64,000 nucleotides of DNA. It comes from an uncultured Candidatus Rokubacteria bacterium. GTDB taxonomy: Bacteria; Methylomirabilota; Methylomirabilia; Rokubacteriales; DASRDR01. The notes beneath the pieces are model-generated. The model saw only the letters and a program-made list of their open reading frames with translations. It was not told the DNA's origin and did no database searches. The position numbers and the translations under genes are program-made. Location: contig CAVPSB010000028.1 of the NCBI GenBank assembly GCA_963708025.1, positions 40,331 through 104,330 on the forward strand, read 5' to 3'. Positions 9,686 through 19,122 of the stretch are shown here, piece by piece. Within the stretch, counting starts at the first letter, position 1. Every line of letters begins with the position of its first letter.

Positions 9686-10192
9686 TTAGCTCGAGGCCGC
9701 GCGGTGGCGGCGGACGCTCGGGGTGGAGCGTCCGGCGCCCGGCTCGATGGCTTGAATGGTGGGGACGATCTTCCCGAGCGCCCGGGCCAGGGCGGCCCAG
9801 GCGTTGCTGCCGAGGGCGCGCACCAGCCGCGCCTGCACCCGCTCCCAGATGGGGAGCGCCTGCTCCAGCAGCTCCTGACCCTTCGGGGTCAACGACGCCG
9901 TCCGTTCGCGCCGGGTCCGGCCAGGCAGGACCCGCAGGCAGCCGCGCCGCTCCAGCGGCTTCACCGCCCGATAGAGGGAGGTGCGGTCGAGCACGAGCGC
10001 CTGGGCGAGGCGGCTCAGGGGAACCGGGCCGCGGAGGTGGACGGCGATGAGGATCGTGAACTGGGTCGCGGTGAGCTTCAGCGGGGCGAAGGCCGCCTCG
10101 TACAGCCGCGAGGTGGCCCGCGATGCGCGGCGGAGGCTCCCGCAGGCGCACATGTCCGCGGCCAGCTCGCAGACCCGGGACAGCTCACTCAT
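9686..10192 (-). CDS. MarR-family transcriptional regulator
   Basis: CACGSLRRASR...LTATQFTIL...LDRTSLYR...LTPKG wHTH pattern. Confidence 0.9.
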   Translation of the reverse strand: MSELSRVCELAADMCACGSLRRASRATSRLYEAAFAPLKLTATQFTILIAVHLRGPVPLSRLAQALVLDRTSLYRAVKPLERRGCLRVLPGRTRRERTASLTPKGQELLEQALPIWERVQARLVRALGSNAWAALARALGKIVPTIQAIEPGAGRSTPSVRRHRAASS

Positions 10193-10198
10193 GCTTAA

Positions 10199-10239
10199 GA
10201 TGTATACGCATCGTTCTCGTGGCTGTCAAGCGCGATCGG
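10199..10239 (-). promoter_or_regulatory. marR promoter with overlapping autoregulatory operator
   Basis: The minus strand has TTGACA, then 17 nt, then TATACA. The operator GATGTATACGCATC (10199-10212) overlaps the -10. Confidence 0.6.
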
Positions 10240-10243
10240 GCGG

Positions 10244-11191
10244 TCACGCCTCGGGATGCGTGGTGATGAAGCGCGCCGCCCGGGCGGGGTCCACCCGGGG
10301 GGCGCGGACCTCCACGCCCGCCGCCTCCTCCTGGAGCCGGAAGACCACGTTGTTGTCCTGGTCGGCCCAGCCGCGGTTGACGGCCTGGATGGCGATCTGC
10401 TCGGCCAGGTTGGTCAGCGGCATGGGGACCTGGTACTCGCGCGCCAGCTCGGTGGCCAGGCCGATGTCCTTGCGGGCCAGGGCCAGGCTGAACGTCGCCG
10501 GGTACTCCCCGCGGAAGACCGTGCGGGGCAGCGCCTCGTGGAGATAGCTCATGCGGCCGAGGGCGCCGCGGCGGACGCACTCCCACAGGGCCTCGGCCTC
10601 GACGCCGGCCTTGACTCCCAGGGTGAGGCCCTCGGCGACGGCCTGGCGGACGCTGTGGCCGATCATGTTGTGGACGAGCTTGGCCACGCACCCGGCGCCG
10701 ATCGCCCCCGCGTAGAAGACCTTGTCGCCGAAGGCGTCGAGGACGGGCCTGACGCGCTCGAAGACGGCGCGCTCTCCCCCGACCATGACGGCGAGGTTGC
10801 GGCTCTCGGCGCCGGTCTTGCCGCCGCTCACGGGAGCGTCCAGGACGTGCGCGCCCTTCGCGCGGAAGCGCGGCTCGAGCGACCGGATCAGCGTGGGCCG
10901 GCTGGTAGAAGTGTCGATCCAGACGCCGCCGGGGGCGATGCCCTCCAGGAGACCGCCGGCGCCGGTGGCGACGGCCTCCACCTCGGGCGGACCGGGCAGC
11001 GACGTGATGGTCACGTCCGACTGGCGCGCCACCTCGGCGGGCGACGACCCGACCCGGGCGCCGCCCTCGGCCAGGCGGCGGGCGGCATCGGCCCGCACGT
11101 CGTGGACGACGAGGGCGTAGCCGGCCTTCCGGATGTTGCTCGCCATCGCCGCCCCCATGTTGCCGAGCCCGATGAACCCGACCGTCTTCAT
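10244..11191 (-). CDS. NAD(P)-dependent beta-hydroxyacid dehydrogenase (3-hydroxyisobutyrate/GarR family)
   Basis: GFIGLGNMG, DAPVSGG, KLVHN and LARKD. Confidence 0.92.
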   Translation of the reverse strand: MKTVGFIGLGNMGAAMASNIRKAGYALVVHDVRADAARRLAEGGARVGSSPAEVARQSDVTITSLPGPPEVEAVATGAGGLLEGIAPGGVWIDTSTSRPTLIRSLEPRFRAKGAHVLDAPVSGGKTGAESRNLAVMVGGERAVFERVRPVLDAFGDKVFYAGAIGAGCVAKLVHNMIGHSVRQAVAEGLTLGVKAGVEAEALWECVRRGALGRMSYLHEALPRTVFRGEYPATFSLALARKDIGLATELAREYQVPMPLTNLAEQIAIQAVNRGWADQDNNVVFRLQEEAAGVEVRAPRVDPARAARFITTHPEA

Positions 11192-11411
11192 GATTCCCTC
11201 CGGGAGAATGGGTATCCGCGCGTGAGCCAACCCCGCGCGAGTATACGCCGTCCCCTGGAGCGTCCGACACTGTCGACGGCAGGGCCCGTACTCTCCGGGT
11301 CACCCTTCCGCGTCGCTCGTATCGGGACACCATCCCCATCCGAGGCGACACGCCTGTCCGGAACTATGGTATACGGGCCCTGACCCCGGTCTTTCCCAGG
11401 AGGAGGCGCGG

Positions 11412-12002
11412 ATGAGCCAGCAGGTGACGGTGCCGGCCCGGCAGGGCGCGGCGGTGCGGGTCCGGGCCGGCCAGAGCTTTCGCGTCATCGACGTCGAGGG
11501 TCGCCAGTGCGCGGACCTGTTCGCCTTCTGCGCCGACGACGTCACCGAGTACGCCAGCGCCGAGCACACGCGCCCCCACGTGAACCGGCTCTTCCCGCAG
11601 GTCGGGGAGCACTTCGTGACCAACCGACGGCGCCCGATCCTCTTCTTCGCGGCCGACCACTCACCCGGGGTCCACGACATGCTGGTCGCCGCCTGTGATC
11701 CCAGCCGCTACGTCGCGCTCGGCGTCGAGGGCTGGCACGCCTCCTGTCAGGAGAACCTGCTCGCGGTCATGCGCCGGCTCGGGTTCGACCGGGTCGAGGT
11801 GCCGCAGCCGATCAACCTGTTCACCAACATCCCCCTGGTCAACGGGAGGCTCGACTGGCGGCCGGCCCTGACCCGACCCGGGGACTCGGTGACGCTGCGC
11901 GCCGAGCTCGACTGCCACGTCGTCGTCTCGTCCTGTCCGAACGACGTCCTGGCCATCAACGACAAGCACATCACGCCGCTGGCGATCGAGCTCGTCGACT
12001 GA
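11412..12002 (+). CDS. DUF1989 family protein (second paralog)
   Basis: DVEGRQCADLF, GVHDMLVAACD, HASC.ENL, PQPINLF and SSCPND; SD AGGAGG. Confidence 0.85.
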   Translation: MSQQVTVPARQGAAVRVRAGQSFRVIDVEGRQCADLFAFCADDVTEYASAEHTRPHVNRLFPQVGEHFVTNRRRPILFFAADHSPGVHDMLVAACDPSRYVALGVEGWHASCQENLLAVMRRLGFDRVEVPQPINLFTNIPLVNGRLDWRPALTRPGDSVTLRAELDCHVVVSSCPNDVLAINDKHITPLAIELVD

Positions 12003-12064
12003 GTGCTACTTCCACCGGAAGGACCACGCGGCCAGCCCGGCCGGGGGTGCCCGGGAGGAGTGAG

Positions 12065-13207
12065 ATGCGCTACACGAGGATCTCCGCCGACTCCCACATC
12101 GATCTGCCCTGGCTCCCGCCCGACCTCTTCACGTCGAACGCCTCGGCGGCACTGAAGGACCGCATGCCCTACGTCACCGAGGGGCCCGACGGTCCGCACT
12201 GGACCGCCCGGAACGGCCGGTCGTTCGGCCTCGTGTGCGGCGTGGGGCCGTCGGGCCAGAAGCAGGTGCCGGGCGCCAACTACCGGGTCAACGTCATGGC
12301 GTCCACCGGACTCTACGACGACGGCCGGAAGGGCATCCGCCGGGTCACCGATCCGGCGCTACGGGTTCGCGACATGGACCGTGACGGCGTCCAGGCCGAG
12401 GTCATCTTCGGGATCCTCGGCGCGGCGACGCGGCTGGGCGATCACGAGGCCGCCACCGAGATGTTCCGGATCTACAACGACTGGCTCGCGGACTTCTGCC
12501 GCCACGCCCCCGACCGCTACATCGGCCTCGCCTGCCTGCCCTACGGGGACATCGACGCCGCCGTCCGGGAGATCCACCGCGTGGCCAAGCTCGGGCTGCG
12601 AGGCGTGGAGCTGTCCTGCTCCTGGGACATGGAGCCGATGTGGCACCCGGTGTGGGAGCCGCTCTGGAAGGCCGTGGACGAGGTCAACCGGCCGCTCCAC
12701 TTCCACACCTTCCCGACCCTGCCGCCCGACAAGGTCACCCAGCAGACGGGACTCACGCGTCGGGCCGCGTTCTTCACCGTCGTCTCCGGCTTCCAGCTCA
12801 ACCTCGCCAACATCATCGCCGCCGTCATCGGCGCCGGCGTGCTGGAGCGCTATCCCCGGATCCGGATCTCCTTCGGCGAGAGCGGCATCGGCTGGCTGCC
12901 CTACGTGCTCGACCGCATGGACTTCGAGTGGGAGGACCGCTTCCGCGATCTCGGCTTGACGATGAAGCCGAGCGACTACTGGCGCCGCCAGTGCAAGGCC
13001 ACCTTCCAGTTCGACCGCATCGGCGCCAAGCTGATCGACGACATCGGCGTCGAGACGCTCATGTGGGGCTCGGACTATCCGCACCCCGACGGCGTCTGGC
13101 CCGAGTCGTCGAAGTACATCGACGAGCAGTTCGCCCACCTGCCGCCCGAGATCGCCCGGCAGATCACCTGCGAGAACGCCGCCCGGTTCTACGGCCTGAT
13201 CGGCTAG
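12065..13207 (+). CDS. Amidohydrolase_2 family protein
   Basis: SADSH, DMDRDGV, HFHT, ESGIGW, WGSDYPH and ENAARFY. Confidence 0.9.
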   Translation: MRYTRISADSHIDLPWLPPDLFTSNASAALKDRMPYVTEGPDGPHWTARNGRSFGLVCGVGPSGQKQVPGANYRVNVMASTGLYDDGRKGIRRVTDPALRVRDMDRDGVQAEVIFGILGAATRLGDHEAATEMFRIYNDWLADFCRHAPDRYIGLACLPYGDIDAAVREIHRVAKLGLRGVELSCSWDMEPMWHPVWEPLWKAVDEVNRPLHFHTFPTLPPDKVTQQTGLTRRAAFFTVVSGFQLNLANIIAAVIGAGVLERYPRIRISFGESGIGWLPYVLDRMDFEWEDRFRDLGLTMKPSDYWRRQCKATFQFDRIGAKLIDDIGVETLMWGSDYPHPDGVWPESSKYIDEQFAHLPPEIARQITCENAARFYGLIG

Positions 13208-13273
13208 CCAGACCTCCGCGGGGTTGCTCGCGCCCTCTTCGGGGCCGGCGCCCTCGGGACAGCCCGGTGGCGA

Positions 13274-13315
13274 TTGCGCCATCCCCATCGACCTGCTAGA
13301 TTGTGACCGGTCACA
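13274..13315 (+). promoter_or_regulatory. Sigma-70-type promoter with a perfect 14-bp palindromic operator
   Basis: TTGCGC-N17-TAGATT with a TG extension, immediately followed by TGTGACCGGTCACA (13302-13315). Confidence 0.6.
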
Positions 13316-13416
13316 CCCCACGACATCCGGCGTGTGCCGAGGAGACCGAACCAGACCCAAGCGATGCGCGCGGGATGGCGTCCAGTCCTCAACCGCTCTC
13401 CGAGGGAGGAACCAGC

Positions 13417-14223
13417 ATGTTCAGAAGGCGCTCGAGCGTGCCCCTCCTCGCCCTGTCGGCGCTGCTCGCCATCATCGTTCACGCGCCACTAGGCGCCAGC
13501 GCGCAGACCGTCAACGAGATCATCAAGCGCGGCAAGGTGATCGTCGGCGTCAACACCACGACGCCCATCTTCGGACTCGCCGGCAAGGATGGCCAGCCAG
13601 AGGGATACGATCCCGACGTGGCGCGCCTGGTCGGCAAGTATCTCGGGGTGCCGGTCGAGTTCGTCCCGGTGACCGGAGCGAATCGCCTTCCCTATCTGCT
13701 GACCAACCGCGTGGACATGGTGATCGCGCTGTTCGGCATCACGCCGGAGCGGGCCCAGCAGATCTGGTTCTCGATCCCCTACGCCAGCGAGGCGGCCGTC
13801 CTGGTGGCGCCGGGGCGCCGGGCGATCAAGACCGTCGACGATCTCGCGGGCCTGCGGGTGGGAGTGCCGAAGGGCGCCATGCAGGATCTCATCCTGACGC
13901 CGCAGGCCGGGGCCAAGAACATCAACCTGATGCGGTTCGACGACGAGGCGACCGGCCTCCAGGCGTTGATCTCCGGCCAGATCGACGTCGTCGGCACCGG
14001 TCTCCTGGTGAATCGCACGCTGAACCGCAACGATCCCGGGAAGAACTACGAGGTCAAGATCGTGCTGCGCGAGCTGCACTTCGGGATCGGCGTTCGGCGC
14101 GGCCAGGTCGAGCTGCTGCAGTGGCTCAACACCTTCATCTACACCATCAAGAACAACGGGGAGCTCGAGGCCATCAGCAAGAAGTGGCGCGAGCTGCCCC
14201 TGGGGACCCTCCCCGTCTTCTGA
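13417..14223 (+). CDS. Polar amino acid ABC transporter substrate-binding protein (SBP family 3)
   Basis: Signal peptide, GYDPDVA, NRLPYL and ITPERA; SD GGAGGA. Confidence 0.92.
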   Translation: MFRRRSSVPLLALSALLAIIVHAPLGASAQTVNEIIKRGKVIVGVNTTTPIFGLAGKDGQPEGYDPDVARLVGKYLGVPVEFVPVTGANRLPYLLTNRVDMVIALFGITPERAQQIWFSIPYASEAAVLVAPGRRAIKTVDDLAGLRVGVPKGAMQDLILTPQAGAKNINLMRFDDEATGLQALISGQIDVVGTGLLVNRTLNRNDPGKNYEVKIVLRELHFGIGVRRGQVELLQWLNTFIYTIKNNGELEAISKKWRELPLGTLPVF

Positions 14224-14239
14224 GCCGGCGGGAGACACC

Positions 14240-15250
14240 GTGGAGTATCGCCGCCTCGGCCGCAGCGGGGTCGAGGTGTCGACGCTCTGTCTGGGTGCCA
14301 TGCTGTTCGGTGACCGGACCGGCGAGCCGGAGGCCGCGCGCATCATCCGCCACGCCCGCGACGCCGGCGTCAACTTCATCGACACGGCGGACGCCTACGC
14401 CGGAGGCGAGTCGGAGCGGATCATCGGGCGAGCCCTCCTGGACGAGCGAGACCGGTGGGTCGTGGCCACCAAGGGGGGCACCGCCCTGCCGCCGGCCGGT
14501 CCCAACCGGCGCGGGAGCGGCCGGCTCTGGCTCCTGCGCGCGCTCGAGCAGAGCCTGACCCGGCTGCGGATGGACTACGTCAACATCTACTACCTGCACC
14601 TCGATGACCCGGCGACGACGCTGGAGGAGACCGTCGAGGTCATGGGCGACCTCATCCGGCAGGGGAAGATCCGATACTGGGGCTTCAGCAACTTCCGTGG
14701 CTGGCGCATCGCCGAGATGATCCGGCTCTGCGGCCTCCTCGGCGTGCCCCGCCCGGTGGTCGGCCAGCCCTACTACAACGCGATGAACCGCATGCCGGAG
14801 GTCGAGTACCTGCCCGCCTGCGCGCACTACGGCATCGGCGTCGTGCCCTACAGCCCGCTGGCCCGCGGCGTGCTCACCGGGAAGTACTCGCCCGACGCGG
14901 CGCCGGATCCGACGACCCGGGCCGGGCGCAAGGACAAGCGGATGATGGAGACCGAGTTCCGGCCGGAGTCGATGGGCATGGCCCAGACCATCAAGGCCCA
15001 CGCCGAGGCGCGCGGCGGCACGGCCGTCGGGTTCGCGGTCAACTGGGTCCTGGCCAACCCGCTCGTGAGCTCGGTGATCGCCGGCCCGCGCACCGAGTCG
15101 CAGTGGGAGAGCTACGTCGCGGCCCTCGGGGAGCGATGGGATGCCGAGGACGAGAAACTGATCGACCGTCTCGTCCCGCCGGGCCATCCCTCGACCCCCG
15201 GCTACACCGATCCGCTCTACCCGGTCACGGGCCGACCGGTGCCGAGGTGA
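14240..15250 (+). CDS. Aldo/keto reductase
   Basis: LCLGAM, FIDTADAY, ATK, SL.RL.MDY...YYLH and YSPLARG. Confidence 0.93.
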   Translation: MEYRRLGRSGVEVSTLCLGAMLFGDRTGEPEAARIIRHARDAGVNFIDTADAYAGGESERIIGRALLDERDRWVVATKGGTALPPAGPNRRGSGRLWLLRALEQSLTRLRMDYVNIYYLHLDDPATTLEETVEVMGDLIRQGKIRYWGFSNFRGWRIAEMIRLCGLLGVPRPVVGQPYYNAMNRMPEVEYLPACAHYGIGVVPYSPLARGVLTGKYSPDAAPDPTTRAGRKDKRMMETEFRPESMGMAQTIKAHAEARGGTAVGFAVNWVLANPLVSSVIAGPRTESQWESYVAALGERWDAEDEKLIDRLVPPGHPSTPGYTDPLYPVTGRPVPR

Positions 15251-15379
15251 CCGGGCGGCCGGCGCGCGTCGTGGCGCCGGAGACTCTCCTCGGGCGGCCG
15301 CGGCAGCCCTCCTGACGCGTCTCGTCAACGCCCCGCGTCGCCGTGACCGGCCCGGCGCGGGCACCGCAGGGGATGTGGC

Positions 15380-16048
15380 GTGGACTACGTCTTCCAGTTC
15401 GGCGTCGTGTGGCGGGACATCGACCGGCTCCTGCTCGGGGCGTGGCTCACCGTGCGCCTGTCGGCCGCCACGATGGTGCTGGGACTCCTGGTCGGGATCG
15501 CGGGCGCCCAGGCCAGGACCGCGCGCTCGAGGCTCCTGCGCGGAGCCGTGAAGGCCTACATCGAGGCGATCCGCAACACTCCCTTCCTGGTCCAGCTCCT
15601 CCTCGTCTACCTCGGCCTCCCCTCGCTGGGCATTCGCCTGACACCCGGCCAGGCCGCGCTCCTGGCGATGGTCGTCAATCTGGGCGCCTACGCGACGGAG
15701 ATCGTCCGGGCCGGCATCGAGGCGGTGCCGCGCGGCCAGATCGAGGCCGGCCGGGCGCTGGGTCTCGGGCCCTGGCCCATCTTCCGCTTCGTCGTCCTGA
15801 CCCCCGCCCTGAAGGCGGTGTTCCCGGCCTTGAGCAGCCAGTTCATCCTGGTCATGCTCGCGTCCAGCGTCGTCTCCGTGATCTCGGCGGAGGAGCTGAC
15901 CGCGGTCGCCGACACGATCGTGACCCGCAACTTCCGGTCGTTCGAGGTCTATCTCGTCGTCACCGGTCTCTATCTCGCCCTGTCGCTCGGCTTCCAGGCG
16001 GTGTTCGCGCTCGTCCACCGCGCGCTGTTCGCTCGCTGGAGCGCCTGA
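15380..16048 (+). CDS. Amino acid ABC transporter permease (HisM/GlnP family)
   Basis: RNTPFLVQL and EIVRAGI...GQIEAG loop. Confidence 0.93.
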   Translation: MDYVFQFGVVWRDIDRLLLGAWLTVRLSAATMVLGLLVGIAGAQARTARSRLLRGAVKAYIEAIRNTPFLVQLLLVYLGLPSLGIRLTPGQAALLAMVVNLGAYATEIVRAGIEAVPRGQIEAGRALGLGPWPIFRFVVLTPALKAVFPALSSQFILVMLASSVVSVISAEELTAVADTIVTRNFRSFEVYLVVTGLYLALSLGFQAVFALVHRALFARWSA

Positions 16049-16054
16049 ACTCCG

Positions 16055-16726
16055 ATGATCCGGGAGTTCACGGCCAGCGAGCTCTGGTTCCTCTTGCTGT
16101 CGGTGCGCTGGACCGCTCTCCTCGCGCTGATCGCCTTCATCGGCGGCGGCGCGGTCGGCTTCGGCATCGCCGTCACGAGGACGGCCAGGCCGCGCATCTT
16201 GCGAGCGGCGACCGCGATCTACATCCGGATCTTCCAGGGCACGCCGCTGCTCATGCAGCTCTACCTGGTCTACTTCGGCTCGAGCTTCTTCGGCATCCGG
16301 AGCGACGCGTGGACGGCGGCGGCCCTGGGGCTCGTCCTCTACTCGGGCGCGTTCCTGGGCGAGATCTGGCGCGGCTGCATCGAGGCCATCCCCCGGGGCC
16401 AGTGGGAGGGCTCGGCGGCGCTGGCGCTCAGCTATCCGGCTCAGCTCCGCTTCGTCATCCTGCCTCAGGCCCTGCGGATCGCGATCCCGCCGACCGTGGG
16501 CTTCCTGGTCCAGATCCTGAAGGGCACGTCGCTCGCCTCGATCATCGGGTTCACCGAGCTGACGCGAGCGGCGCAGATCGTCAACAACGCGACGTTCCGG
16601 CCGTTCATCGTGTACGCCACCGTCGCCGCCCTCTACTTCGCCCTGTGCTGGCCGCTGTCCGTGCTGAGCCACCGCCTCGAGCGGCGGCTCGGCCACGAGC
16701 TGCGTCCGGTCGCCGCCCAGGTCTGA
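16055..16726 (+). CDS. Amino acid ABC transporter permease (HisM/GlnP family)
   Basis: QGTPLLMQL, EIWRG...GQWE and ILPQA. Confidence 0.93.
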   Translation: MIREFTASELWFLLLSVRWTALLALIAFIGGGAVGFGIAVTRTARPRILRAATAIYIRIFQGTPLLMQLYLVYFGSSFFGIRSDAWTAAALGLVLYSGAFLGEIWRGCIEAIPRGQWEGSAALALSYPAQLRFVILPQALRIAIPPTVGFLVQILKGTSLASIIGFTELTRAAQIVNNATFRPFIVYATVAALYFALCWPLSVLSHRLERRLGHELRPVAAQV

Positions 16727-16758
16727 GTCGCGTTATCCTTCCCCCGGAGGAAACCACC

Positions 16759-17604
16759 ATGCTGATCGTGGACGCACAGGTTCACGTCTGGGGGGCCGAC
16801 ACGCCCGATCGCCCGTGGCCACCCGGCCGGGCCCATCAGGCGCAGAAGCCCTACCCCGTCACCCGGGAGATGGTCCTCGACGGGATGAAGGAGGCGGGAG
16901 TCGACCGCGCCGTCATCGTGCCGCCGTCGTGGGAGGGGGACCGCAACGACCTCGCCCTCGAGGCGGCCCGGCTGCACCCCGACCGGTTCGCGGTGATGGG
17001 ACGGCTGGCCATCGAGAAGCCGGAGAGCCGGACGCGCGTCGAGGGGTGGAAGCGGTCGCCCGGCATGCTCGGCATGCGCTTCACCTTCCACACCGAGCTC
17101 CAGAAGCCGTGGCTCACCGACGGCACCGCCGACTGGCTCTGGCCGGCCGCCGAGCGGGCCGGCATCCCGGTGATGATCTTCCCCCCCGGCTCGATGCCCG
17201 CCGTCGATCGGATCGCCGAGCGTCATCCCGGGCTCCGGCTCGTCATCGATCACCTGGCCATCGGCACCACCCAGCGCGACGACGCGGCCTTCGCCGACCT
17301 TCCGGAGCTCTGCACGCTGGCGCGGCGGCCCAACGTCGCGGTCAAGGCGTCGGCGCTGCCCTGCTATTCCACGGAGCCGTACCCGTTCCGCGGGCTCCAC
17401 AAGCACATCCGCCGGGTCTACGACGCGTTCGGCCCGCGGCGGGTGTTCTGGGGCACCGACTGGACGCGGCTCCCCTGCCCGTGGCGCCAGGCGGTGACGC
17501 TGTTCACCGAGGAGCTGCCGTGGCTCTCGGCCCCGGACCAGGAGTGGATCATGGGCCGGGCCATTTGCGAGTGGCTGGGCTGGCCGCTGCCGGCTTCCCG
17601 GTGA
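16759..17604 (+). CDS. Amidohydrolase_2 family protein (lactonase-like)
   Basis: VDAQVHVW, IDHL, PNVAVKAS and FWGTDW; SD GGAGG. Confidence 0.88.
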   Translation: MLIVDAQVHVWGADTPDRPWPPGRAHQAQKPYPVTREMVLDGMKEAGVDRAVIVPPSWEGDRNDLALEAARLHPDRFAVMGRLAIEKPESRTRVEGWKRSPGMLGMRFTFHTELQKPWLTDGTADWLWPAAERAGIPVMIFPPGSMPAVDRIAERHPGLRLVIDHLAIGTTQRDDAAFADLPELCTLARRPNVAVKASALPCYSTEPYPFRGLHKHIRRVYDAFGPRRVFWGTDWTRLPCPWRQAVTLFTEELPWLSAPDQEWIMGRAICEWLGWPLPASR

Positions 17605-17660
17605 CACGGCCCGCCTCGCGACGGAGGACGAGCTTGAAGCCCTGGATCGGCAGCGCGACA

Positions 17661-18149
17661 GTGAGGACGAGCATCGCGGCCGCGGCGGGCCTGTGCCTCC
17701 TGTTCGGGACGTCGGGCGAGGGGGCGAGGGCGCAGGCACGGAAGGTGTCCGGCAAGGGCGTGGGCGCCCAACGGGTGGCGCGGACCGAGCTGTTCCTGGC
17801 GAACATGGATACCGGTATCCTGGAAAGCCTCTCCCGCATGCTGACCAGTCAGGACCCGGACTGGAACGGCGCCCGGGTCTTCTCCGTCCGCTTCTCGGAT
17901 CCGCATGCCCGCCGGGAGCGCCACGTGCAGGGACACATGGTGGTGCACTACCCGGGAGGGGACCAGACCTTCCTCACGTACGAGTTCAAGTGGAAGCCGG
18001 ACGGCGCCGATGCCGACTTCGAGCTCGTCGCGCGCTTCGTCCGGGGCACCGGCAGGTTCAAGGGGATCAGCGGGTCCTGGCGGGAGCGCGGCCGCTCCAC
18101 CGTCACCGAGGACACCAGCGAGTGGGAGGTCGAGTACGAGCTGCCCTGA
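17661..18149 (+). CDS. Secreted hypothetical beta-barrel protein
   Basis: Signal-like N-terminus and a GTGRFKGISG motif of the kind seen in allene-oxide-cyclase/dirigent-like barrels. Start uncertain. Confidence 0.55.
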   Translation: MRTSIAAAAGLCLLFGTSGEGARAQARKVSGKGVGAQRVARTELFLANMDTGILESLSRMLTSQDPDWNGARVFSVRFSDPHARRERHVQGHMVVHYPGGDQTFLTYEFKWKPDGADADFELVARFVRGTGRFKGISGSWRERGRSTVTEDTSEWEVEYELP

Positions 18150-18179
18150 AAACGGCGGCGGCGCCGCGAGCGGGCCGGC

Positions 18180-19054
18180 TCAGGTCGTGCCGAAGCGCGA
18201 TGACGAGGCCGACCCCGGCCACCACGAGCACCGCCGCGACGGCGATCCGCCACGTCACGCGCTCGAGGTCGCGGAGGAAGAGCCACGCCAGCGCGACCGT
18301 GAAGATCGCGTGGCAGTTCACCAGGGGCGAGACGACCGAGACCTGCGCCGAGCATGAGGGCGCGCCACATCGTCAGGTAGGCCACCCCCTCGGCCAGGCC
18401 GGACAGCGCCAGGAGCCGGAGGCCCGGCCGGCTCACGCCGACGGTGCCGGTGCCCCGCACGGCGAGGACGACGAGCCACATGACGGCGACCGAGGCGGCG
18501 GTGGCCGCGGCCGCGGCCAGCAGCGGGTACGGGAAGGCGCCGAAGCCCCACCGGCTCAGGTTGTCGCGGAACGCGAACCCCAGCGCCCCGAGGATCGGAA
18601 AGACGAGGTCGCGCCGCCGCCAGGCCCGGTCGTCGCGGCCCCGGGAGGAGAGGAGCACGCCGCCCCCCACGATGGCCGCCGCGCCGGCCAGGAGGCCCCA
18701 CGACGGCCGCTCCCCCAGGACGAGGACGGCCATGATCACGGCGAAGAGCGGGGTGCACGAGGCCAGCGAGGAGGCGCGGGAGGCGCCGACCCGATGCACG
18801 CCCAGGTAGAGGCCCACACGGGCCAGGCCCGGCGCCGCCAGCCCGGCCACCAGGAACGGCCACACGCGCCCTGTGAAGAGCATCGAGAGCGGCTGCGTCG
18901 TCACCACCAGCAGCCACACGGTGGCCGCCGTGAAGTGGACGGAGATGAGGACGGCGGCCAGCGGCGTGGCGTGCTGGAGCCCCCGCTTGACGAGGACGGC
19001 CGCCACCGCGAAGGCGAAGGAGGCGACGAGCGCGAGGAGGGGCGGCCAGGTCAC
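18180..19054 (-). CDS. EamA/DMT-family transporter; frameshift near 18345, 3' end approximate
   Basis: Multiple TM helices and PLFAVIMAVLVLGER; the second repeat (AWLFLRDLERV) is in another frame. Confidence 0.8.
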
Positions 19055-19122
19055 CGCGCCATTGTACGGGCACCGGGCGCCCGGGGGCAGGGCCCGTGCG
19101 CTATGCTAGCGGAGAGGAAGCC

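Noticed and set aside
7029-12002. Guanidine carboxylase pathway or guanidine riboswitch suggested by two DUF1989 genes
   Set aside because: The paralogs are not adjacent as a CgdAB pair, there is no urea carboxylase in the window, and no riboswitch consensus was recognised upstream.
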